From: Candidatus Thorarchaeota archaeon
Lineage (GTDB): Archaea > Asgardarchaeota > Thorarchaeia > Thorarchaeales > Thorarchaeaceae
Length of the DNA: 15,849 bases
Direction of reading: 5' to 3'
Assembly: GCA_048882385.1 (NCBI GenBank)
Contig: JBHLRQ010000010.1
Span: forward strand, 1 to 15,849
The notes under the pieces were generated by a model. The model was given only the letters and a program-made list of their open reading frames with translations, was not told the DNA's origin and ran no database searches. Both the position numbers and the translations under genes were made by a program. Of the stretch, positions 6,338-13,915 are shown piece after piece (within the stretch, counting starts at the first letter, position 1; each line of letters begins with the position of its first letter).

Positions 6338-9088
6338 TCATAATTCTTCATCGACTTTTGATAGTATGATTGTAGCCCTCATGGCTGCTGCACTACCCGC
6401 GGACACTGAGTCAGGGATATCCTTGGGACCATCAGCGCATCCGCAGACAAATACACCTTCAATAGATGTATCAACAGGTTTCGTCATGCGGTCGTCAACG
6501 CAGACGTATCCTTCTTCTGAGAGGTTCATATTTAGCTCTACAGCAATGTCTGCAAGACCATCTGGAGGTTGGATTCCAGGACTGATTACTACCAGATCAT
6601 GTTCTACTTGCTGTAGAAAACCTGTCTCAGTATTTTCAAATCTAACAAAGAGCGAATCGTTCTCTTTTTTGTGTAGAACTTCAGCAACTCTTCCTCGCAC
6701 AAAGTTCACACCGAAACGTGTACGTGCCATCTCGTAGAATTCTTCAAAGCCCTTTCCAAAGGCTCTGATGTCAGCATAGTACACTGTAACATCGGTATCC
6801 TGATTGTGTTCCTTTGCCATCACAGCATTTTTGATACCATACATGCAACAGACACGGCTACAGAATGGAACCCCCTTTTGGACATCACGAGCTCCTACGC
6901 ACTGAATGAACCCAATACTCTTGGGAATTTTTCCATCTGTAAGACGAACAAGATGACCATGTGTTGGACCAGCGGCGTTGATGAGTCGCTCGTACTCCAT
7001 AGCATTGATGACGTTTGGTAATTTCCCATAACCAAGCTGTGGATACTCCTCGACATTGAATAACTTATACCCAGTTGCAAGAATTATGGTGCCAACATGA
7101 AGATCGATTACTTTGTCCTCCATTGAATGATCAATTGCAACTCGAGTGCAAGCATCAACACACTGTTCGCAATCACAGCAGACTGCACATCCTAAACAGC
7201 GTTCAGCTTCAGCAGCTGCCATTGCTTCATTGAATCCAAGCTCAACTTCTGTGAATTTTCTCACTCTTGTTGAAACTGCTTGCTTTGGCATTGCTGCCCT
7301 CATTTCATATGGGATTCCTGTCTTATCGACTTCAAAGGATTGCACACGATGATTTCCATTTCGTCGACCATCTTTAATGTCAGCGCCACGTATGAAACGA
7401 TCAATAGAGATAGCTGCTTCCTTCCCATGGCCGACAGCCTTTACAACTGTAAGAGGTCCTAGTACAACATCACCACCTGCAAATACCCCAGGAATGTTTG
7501 TTTCGAGAGTAATTGGATCAGCTTTGACAGTAGCCCACTCAGAGCAGCTAAGCTCAGTCTGAACTCCTGTTGGATCTGTGGATTGTCCAATCACGACAAT
7601 CATATTGTCGACTGCCATTGTGAACTCAGAGTTGGGTATCGGAACTGGACGTCTTCTTCCTGAGTGGTCAGGTTCACCAAGATGCATCTTAATGCATCTA
7701 AGTCCAGTAATCTTGCCCTTCCGATGAAGAATCTCAATAGGTGAGGTCAATAACATGAATCTGATGCCTTCCTCCTTAGCATCTTCAACCTCACTTGGAA
7801 TGGCAGGAATTTCGACATGTGATCGTCGATAGATGAGTGTGACTTCCTTTGCTCCAAGCCTGATCGCAGTTCGAGCCGAATCGACTGCTGCATCTCCACC
7901 TCCAATAATCGCAACACGCTTGCCTAATTCCACATTTTCTCCTTTATTGACTTGTTCAAGAAAATCAATTGCATGGAGAACGCCTTCTGACTCTTCACCA
8001 TCAATCTTGAGTTTGTTACTATTCCATGCACCTGTTGCTACAAAAATAGCTTTGAAACCTTTATCCATTAATTCGTGGATTGAAGTAACTTTGGTATTTG
8101 CTTTGATTTTAACCCCCATGTCAACTACACGTTGTATCTCCTCATCTAGTACATCACGTGGTAGTCTATACTCGGGAATTGCATATCTTAGCATTCCTCC
8201 TGCCTTTTCACGAGTTTCAAAAATTGTAACTGGATATCCCATCTTTGCAAGATGGTAGGCGCAACTGATGCCGCCTGGACCAGCTCCGACTATGGCTACA
8301 CGTTCATTTTTATCTATTTTGGCTTCAACGAGTGCAGATCCATTTAGACGTTCATAATCTGCGAGGAATCTGTGGAGATTTCGAATACTAATACTTTCAT
8401 CATGCATTCCACGCTCACATTCTCCCTCACAAAAACCAACACACACACGACCGAGTACTCCTGGGAATGGAATGGATCTCCTGACGATATCAAGAGCTTC
8501 TTCCATTCTTCCATGTCGCATCATTGTTACAAAACCCTGAGCATTGACATCTGCAGGGCATGTTGATCGGCATGCTGGTTCCCCTTTCTTGTCGACTGTC
8601 ACAACATTAGGCGTAGCTTGAGGAAAAGGAGTATAGATAGCCTTTCTGAATCCAAGTCCCTGATCAAACTCATTTGGAACCTCAACTGGACATACGGCTA
8701 CGCAATCACCACATCCAGAGCATTTGTCCTCATCAACATAACGAGATTTCTTGTGAACCCGGACCATGAAATCGCCAGTTTCACCATGTACTGACTTCAC
8801 TTGGGCATACGTGAGAAGGTCGATATTAGGATGTCTTGAAACCTCACTTAGTTTTGGTGTAAGAATACAGGCACTACAGTCTAAGGTGGGGAAGGTTTTG
8901 TCAATCATTGCCATACGCCCGCCAATAGAGGGTGTCTGTTCGAGAAGTGTGACTTTGAACCCCTGGTTGGCGATGTCGAGAGCTGCTTGCATTCCAGCAA
9001 CGCCGCCGCCGACAATTAGTGCTTCATTGGATTTGAGATGGTCTTTGCTTGTTTTAGAGCTTGTTCTGAGTTGTCTTTCAGTAGTCAT
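6338..9088 (-). CDS. hdrA: HdrA-like flavoprotein with an inserted glutamate-synthase-beta (GltD/NfnB-like) NAD(P)H module (HdrL-like)
   Basis: HdrA parts: GGGVAG, GGRMAMIDKTFPTLDCSAC, CSGCGDCVAVCP, FIQCVGARD..CSRVCC, GPKDIPDSV. Insert: ACRSTCP, GRVCVGFCEGEC, GAGPGG, GGMLRYAIPEYRLP, GGGDAAVD..YRRS, GVFAGGD, EAERCLGC. GGAGG SD upstream of the ATG. Confidence 0.9.
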   Translation of the reverse strand: MTTERQLRTSSKTSKDHLKSNEALIVGGGVAGMQAALDIANQGFKVTLLEQTPSIGGRMAMIDKTFPTLDCSACILTPKLSEVSRHPNIDLLTYAQVKSVHGETGDFMVRVHKKSRYVDEDKCSGCGDCVAVCPVEVPNEFDQGLGFRKAIYTPFPQATPNVVTVDKKGEPACRSTCPADVNAQGFVTMMRHGRMEEALDIVRRSIPFPGVLGRVCVGFCEGECERGMHDESISIRNLHRFLADYERLNGSALVEAKIDKNERVAIVGAGPGGISCAYHLAKMGYPVTIFETREKAGGMLRYAIPEYRLPRDVLDEEIQRVVDMGVKIKANTKVTSIHELMDKGFKAIFVATGAWNSNKLKIDGEESEGVLHAIDFLEQVNKGENVELGKRVAIIGGGDAAVDSARTAIRLGAKEVTLIYRRSHVEIPAIPSEVEDAKEEGIRFMLLTSPIEILHRKGKITGLRCIKMHLGEPDHSGRRRPVPIPNSEFTMAVDNMIVVIGQSTDPTGVQTELSCSEWATVKADPITLETNIPGVFAGGDVVLGPLTVVKAVGHGKEAAISIDRFIRGADIKDGRRNGNHRVQSFEVDKTGIPYEMRAAMPKQAVSTRVRKFTEVELGFNEAMAAAEAERCLGCAVCCDCEQCVDACTRVAIDHSMEDKVIDLHVGTIILATGYKLFNVEEYPQLGYGKLPNVINAMEYERLINAAGPTHGHLVRLTDGKIPKSIGFIQCVGARDVQKGVPFCSRVCCMYGIKNAVMAKEHNQDTDVTVYYADIRAFGKGFEEFYEMARTRFGVNFVRGRVAEVLHKKENDSLFVRFENTETGFLQQVEHDLVVISPGIQPPDGLADIAVELNMNLSEEGYVCVDDRMTKPVDTSIEGVFVCGCADGPKDIPDSVSAGSAAAMRATIILSKVDEEL

Positions 9089-9455
9089 GTACTGTCCTCC
9101 GTAACGACCACGTGGATTTCACCGTGCACAGGTTCGACGCAATTTGGTAGGACGAGCTCTCAACCACTATTCCTTATCGGAGTCTAGATAGAGGATTTTG
9201 TGATTTTGAGACCAAATTGTCGATTTGTGATTGTGGTGTTCTGGAAAACAAGTGACTATATGCTTGCCGAGTATGACAACGATAGAGTGCATTACCACCA
9301 GTTACTCTTTCTGACAATATTCTTTAAGCGATGTTCGAAAACAGACATTTTTCTAATAATGATGAAAATCGTGATTTTTGGAGTTTTTTTGAGGGTTTCA
9401 GAGTGAAACCAATCATTTCCGAATACGAACGAAGTATGACGCAAAATGGCTGAAA

Positions 9456-11330
9456 TCATTCAAATGTTAATGGAGTAATGTAATCACCATGTTCGTTCTG
9501 AGCATCCAAAAGTCGTTCTCTCTGTTCTTGAAGCAAGTCAAAAAGAATCTGTGGCGTATCGTCAACCGTTTCTTTGTATATCGTAGAAATTCGATCAAGT
9601 TTGTCAAGGAGTTCAGGCACACGAATGGTGAACTGAGTGTCATACTCCTGATTTGTATAGTCTTTATCAAGATAGGTCTTGAATAGACCAACCAAATCCT
9701 CAAAGAGAGGAATATAACCAGTTGGAGTTTCAATAGCTCCAGCTTCATTATGGACACGAAGTTCCATCCATTTTAACCAAACAGTTTTGTCTAGCTTGTC
9801 AGTGATAAAATTACTATTCTCATCTCTAAGAAAATAATTAACAGCAAATATCTGAGGAACATGTTTAGCTGAATTGATGAAATCAAGATGATTCTGGATA
9901 TATCTTCCAAGAGGAATTGAGATGAAGTCAAGATTAGAGAAAGGTTGGAACTTACGTATACCACTAGGTCCAAGTGTTGCGGCGGTGGTCTCAGACTCTA
10001 GGCTTGCACCCATTGTGATGACACCATGATTCCAATCATATGATTGCTGCACTGGAACCCAGGTATCTCTATCTCGACCACCATAGATGATTCCGTTTAC
10101 CTCGACTCCACGAGGATCGTCCAACGCATCATCAAGATTTGAGAGGCCCTCTAAACCTATTGTATATCTTGCATTCTTGTTTGCAAAAGGAATTTCTTCA
10201 CCATTGCGGTCGACTTTTCCTTCAAACCACTCACCTGAATGATTGATTCCTACCTCTGGAGGTTCAAATCCATCATCCAACCAGCGAATTTCCTCATCTT
10301 CTGTTACTAGAACGTTTGAAAAGATTGCAGGTCTACGAGAATGAAGAGCATCCCAGATCACCGGGTCATCCTTCTGTGTCACTGAACGAATAATTCCAAA
10401 GATACCTCGTTCAACATTGACTGCTCTGACTTTTCCGTCCATAACACGAATGTATGACAGATCATCACCTACGATAGTGTTTCCACGGACCATGGAAGTG
10501 CTAGTCTTTCCACATCCAGAAGGATATGCACCAGTGAAATACGTCTTGCGGCCCGAAGGACCATGAATGGCCATCAAAAACATGTGTTCTGCTAGCCATC
10601 CCTCACGATCAGCTTTGCGAATAGCTAATCGTAGAGCCAGTTTCTTTAGTCCAATAGTGTTTCCTGCGTACTGTGTGTTTACGCTATAGACAGTATTGTC
10701 CTTGAAGTCAATCATGACACCACGTTTCTTCCAATCGGTACTTACAGAATGAATCAGCTTACCGGATGAATGGATCATCCAGAATAGCTCTTTGTCATCG
10801 GGAAGACGTCTGAAATATTCATACCCACGTCGATAAAGTAAATCCTCACTATGTGCCACATAAAAAGAGTCTGTAATCTGTACTACTGGTATCGAGAAGG
10901 GAGAGTCTAAAGGACCAAGACAGAAGAATCTAACAACCATCTTCTTGTTGTCCATGCTTCCATCCAGGCGTTTCCGGACAATTTCAAGACCCTTGTTCCT
11001 ATCCATCTGTGTTAGCTGTTCCCCAAGACTTTCTCCTTCAGGCACAAGGTACACTGTACTCTCCTTATCACGAGCCTGATCATGAAAGCCATCAAAATGA
11101 ACAGTATGATACGGATTTGCTAACGGGGTTTCTTCACCTCGAGCAATTGCAGTTCTTCGAATATATTCAGTATCCATCTTCGAGTCGTTACAAATGAAAA
11201 CCTTCATTGGTTTGCAGAGCTGGATAGATTCTGCAACAACGCTGTGTACCCTCCTATTTGGAATTGCTAGTAATTTCCTGAAATTCACATCAGTTAGTGA
11301 TTTTTCCAATATTTCGAAGGTTTCATTCAT
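9456..11330 (-). CDS. pckG: Phosphoenolpyruvate carboxykinase (GTP), archaeal type, about 624 aa
   Basis: YAGNTIGLKK, WLAEHM, P-loop YPSGCGKTS, IVGDD, NARYT, IIYGGR. I prefer ATG 11330 (MNETF) to the track's TTG at 11399 because a promoter-like box lies between them. Confidence 0.93.
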   Translation of the reverse strand: MNETFEILEKSLTDVNFRKLLAIPNRRVHSVVAESIQLCKPMKVFICNDSKMDTEYIRRTAIARGEETPLANPYHTVHFDGFHDQARDKESTVYLVPEGESLGEQLTQMDRNKGLEIVRKRLDGSMDNKKMVVRFFCLGPLDSPFSIPVVQITDSFYVAHSEDLLYRRGYEYFRRLPDDKELFWMIHSSGKLIHSVSTDWKKRGVMIDFKDNTVYSVNTQYAGNTIGLKKLALRLAIRKADREGWLAEHMFLMAIHGPSGRKTYFTGAYPSGCGKTSTSMVRGNTIVGDDLSYIRVMDGKVRAVNVERGIFGIIRSVTQKDDPVIWDALHSRRPAIFSNVLVTEDEEIRWLDDGFEPPEVGINHSGEWFEGKVDRNGEEIPFANKNARYTIGLEGLSNLDDALDDPRGVEVNGIIYGGRDRDTWVPVQQSYDWNHGVITMGASLESETTAATLGPSGIRKFQPFSNLDFISIPLGRYIQNHLDFINSAKHVPQIFAVNYFLRDENSNFITDKLDKTVWLKWMELRVHNEAGAIETPTGYIPLFEDLVGLFKTYLDKDYTNQEYDTQFTIRVPELLDKLDRISTIYKETVDDTPQILFDLLQEQRERLLDAQNEHGDYITPLTFE

Positions 11331-11372
11331 TATTACTGACCAGCCAGATTTTGATGTGTCTATAGGATTTGA

Positions 11373-11385
11373 ATATAATTCCGTC
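11373..11385 (-). promoter_or_regulatory. Putative BRE-TATA promoter of pckG
   Basis: Minus strand GACGGAA-TTATAT, about 43 nt upstream of ATG 11330. A similar GTCGGAATCATATAT occurs upstream of the aor-like gene. Confidence 0.45.
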
Positions 11386-11418
11386 GCCAGCTGCAACAAA
11401 TCAAGTCGTTTGAAGTTT

Positions 11419-13572
11419 CTATCGTTTCTTTAGTACAAAAAGAACAATCACTACCGCGGCGATACCAATACCTACAATACTGAGTGTAAGTATATTTGAC
11501 ATATCCACACCAGTTCCAGTTGGAGATGTTGTGCCAGTTTCTGACGGAGTTGTTGGATACGTTGGTGTTTCAGTCGCACCTGTAGTGGTTGTTGTGGTAT
11601 CTGTAGATGTTGATGGCTCAATAGTAACTTGTACATCATCTGATATACTGTTGCCTGCTATATCAACCAATAAAACAGTGAAGAGAAAAGTTCCTGGTGG
11701 TAAATCATCTAGAGAGTATTGAATTAGAGACATGTCAGAAGTCCATACAGAAGTTTTGATCAGTATACCATCTTTGTAGATCTCGTATCTCACAGGATTG
11801 TAATCATAGACATTCCAGACAATAGAATGTCCGATTTCTCCTTCCATAAACAGCATGTCAGGAGGAGAATCAACAACAGGTAATATACTGTCGATCACAG
11901 ATATGGAAAGAACATGTGATACGAAATTATCGGATGGATCATAAGCTCGAACTTCCAAATAGTACACACCATAGAATAATGTGTCAATATTTCGCAAAAC
12001 ACCCGAGTCTATACTGAACTCAGTGTTGTTCACCCACCATCGAGTAATACCATAGTGATCAGAAGCTTCAAGTTGATATGTTAAAGAGCTCCCGCACTCG
12101 AGAACCTGATCTTCAGGTGTCTGTATCCACTCAGGATTTGTGGTGTCAACAACTGTCAAAATCACAGTATCACTATCAGTTACTCCACTCTCTGTTGCGA
12201 GCGAGAGATCAAACCTATAGATTCCGAGATCCAAACCCGCGAAAGCAGCTGAAGGTGACGAGCCATTCCAGATTCCCTCGTCTAATATGACTCCATCCAA
12301 TGATATCGAGAAATAGCTTGGCGAGAATGCAGTTGCGGACCAATCTATAGTTCCACTCGCTGGTCCTTCGAGGATAAGATCAGATGGAGAGTTCAAATAT
12401 AAAATGTAATGAGGATCATTATCCAAACTCCCTCTGTCTCCAGAAATGCTGTAGTTCAGCCCGCCCCGGTAGCCTGACCAAGCGTTTGTGTCCCAATTGT
12501 TCAAAAGACCCTTTATTGAAGAACCAAGAACATCAACTGCATTTGATCCTATCGTGAATCCAATTTCATTTTTATGAATTTCAGCACCTGTTACACCAAA
12601 TAGGTACACTCCGACACCTCGATTATAGAATACAATGTTCGATATAATATTGATATCATTACTATTCTTGATATGAAGGCCATAGTCGCTATTCGATTTG
12701 ATGATGTTGTTCGAAATCGTGCCCATATCAACCTCAAGATATGATACTCCATACCTGTTCCACTTCAATTCAGATGATGAAACGTTACATTCCTGAGAGT
12801 ATGCATAATACAAACCATATTGTGAGTGATGAATCAGGTTCCCTGTTGACTGACTCCGACTTATGCCGTGGAAGTACAATCCAAAGAAAGATCCTGATAT
12901 TTCATTAGACTTAACTTCAATACCAGTTCCACTATCTGCAAGAATACCGTAATTACAATCCTCAAAATTGTTTGAAATGATGGATGTGAAATCTGTCTTA
13001 GTCAAGTGCATTCCGTAGTCAGAATCTGTGAGATTATTTCCGTAAAGGGACATGGATTTGGATTGAGAAAAATAGATGCTTTTACCAAGTCGCGATAGAC
13101 TGTTTGTGTTGAAATCGCACTTTTCGGATTTGACTACATAAATTCCAAAGGCAAGTGTATGGATGTAATTATCAATAATAACGCCATTCACTACTTTCTC
13201 AAAGTAGATTCCAGTTCCGGATTCTTCATCATACGAATACACGATACAATTTCGAATTTCAAAGAATACTGAGGTCGATTTGATGCTAATTCCAATACCA
13301 CTGAACTTTGCATGGATTGAGAGGTCTTTGATTACGTATGGATTCACTGCGGTTCCATTTCCCTCAAAACCCAGTTTTTCGAAATCTGCATTATTTGAAA
13401 TAGATATTGGATCATGCTGCATCCATGATTTGGTAGGTGTTTCTGAATAAGGACCAATTCTATTGATCTGTGTCGAAACGGGGGTTATGAGTAGGGTAAA
13501 ATTGGAGAAAAGTAGCGCACTTATTCCGAGTATAACTAGAATTTTGTGTTTATACCCATTTTTCCTAAGCAA
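11419..13572 (-). CDS. Secreted, C-terminally anchored surface protein: NosD/CASH-type parallel beta-helix, Ig-like repeats, Thr-rich linker, TM helix
   Basis: Basic plus hydrophobic signal peptide, GNGTAVNPYVI, roughly 22-aa repeats of the type N(x)nYG(I/L)Y, beta-rich domains ending VDTTNP and IDSILP, PSTSTDTTTTTTGATETPT linker, and a hydrophobic tail ending KKR. TTG start after GGAGG. Confidence 0.82.
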   Translation of the reverse strand: MLRKNGYKHKILVILGISALLFSNFTLLITPVSTQINRIGPYSETPTKSWMQHDPISISNNADFEKLGFEGNGTAVNPYVIKDLSIHAKFSGIGISIKSTSVFFEIRNCIVYSYDEESGTGIYFEKVVNGVIIDNYIHTLAFGIYVVKSEKCDFNTNSLSRLGKSIYFSQSKSMSLYGNNLTDSDYGMHLTKTDFTSIISNNFEDCNYGILADSGTGIEVKSNEISGSFFGLYFHGISRSQSTGNLIHHSQYGLYYAYSQECNVSSSELKWNRYGVSYLEVDMGTISNNIIKSNSDYGLHIKNSNDINIISNIVFYNRGVGVYLFGVTGAEIHKNEIGFTIGSNAVDVLGSSIKGLLNNWDTNAWSGYRGGLNYSISGDRGSLDNDPHYILYLNSPSDLILEGPASGTIDWSATAFSPSYFSISLDGVILDEGIWNGSSPSAAFAGLDLGIYRFDLSLATESGVTDSDTVILTVVDTTNPEWIQTPEDQVLECGSSLTYQLEASDHYGITRWWVNNTEFSIDSGVLRNIDTLFYGVYYLEVRAYDPSDNFVSHVLSISVIDSILPVVDSPPDMLFMEGEIGHSIVWNVYDYNPVRYEIYKDGILIKTSVWTSDMSLIQYSLDDLPPGTFLFTVLLVDIAGNSISDDVQVTIEPSTSTDTTTTTTGATETPTYPTTPSETGTTSPTGTGVDMSNILTLSIVGIGIAAVVIVLFVLKKR

Positions 13573-13793
13573 AGATTCGCCTCCGAATCACCAAGAGGCG
13601 CGGCCAACCATGAACGCGTGTCTGGACTCCTTAAAATACGTATAGATTTCATCTCTTAAGGTTCGTAGTAAAAATCATCTCATATTCTTTTATCAAAAAA
13701 TCGAGTATATCATATCAAGAATCGATAGTAACTGCAAAATTTCGTAACTTTGATACTCAAATCTGTGAATAAACAATTGAGTTCTATTCAACA

Positions 13794-13808
13794 GTCGGAA
13801 TCATATAT
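13794..13808 (+). promoter_or_regulatory. Putative BRE-TATA promoter of the aor-like gene
   Basis: GTCGGAATCATATAT about 108 nt upstream of ATG 13916, resembling the box upstream of pckG. Other AT-rich candidates exist further upstream. Confidence 0.3.
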
Positions 13809-13915
13809 CCATATGTTTCATCAAACATGTCGGATACGGCAAGACTCAAATGTGAGGGAGAAGCGACATCGCTTCACTAGCCTGAAGACAGGTGGATAAA
13901 ATTGTTGGTGATACT

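Noticed and set aside
6319-6340. hdrA and hdrC are in frame, separated only by two TGAs (TGA AAG AGA GAG TGG TGA AAA ATG), suggesting a Sec-linked fusion
   Set aside because: The second TGA is part of the GGTGA Shine-Dalgarno, neither TGA aligns to a conserved Cys, and in-frame spacing occurs one time in three by chance.
9089-9145. Upstream in-frame TGA (9121-9119) and a GAAA-containing hairpin, as a Sec extension or 5' archaeal SECIS for hdrA
   Set aside because: The upstream translation has no HdrA N-domain similarity, a good GGAGG SD precedes ATG 9088, the pairing is weak, and hdrA has no internal UGA.
9325-9333. 9-mer ACATCGCTT shared by the hdr and aor upstream regions
   Set aside because: About one shared 9-mer is expected by chance between two regions of about 350 bp.
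9200-9406. 68-aa plus-strand intergenic ORF
   Set aside because: GTG start, no recognisable motif, and opposite to both flanking genes in the likely promoter region.
13700-13726. ModE-like box ATCGAGTATAT...AATCGAT upstream of the tungsten enzyme
   Set aside because: Only one half-site resembles the consensus, in AT-rich DNA.
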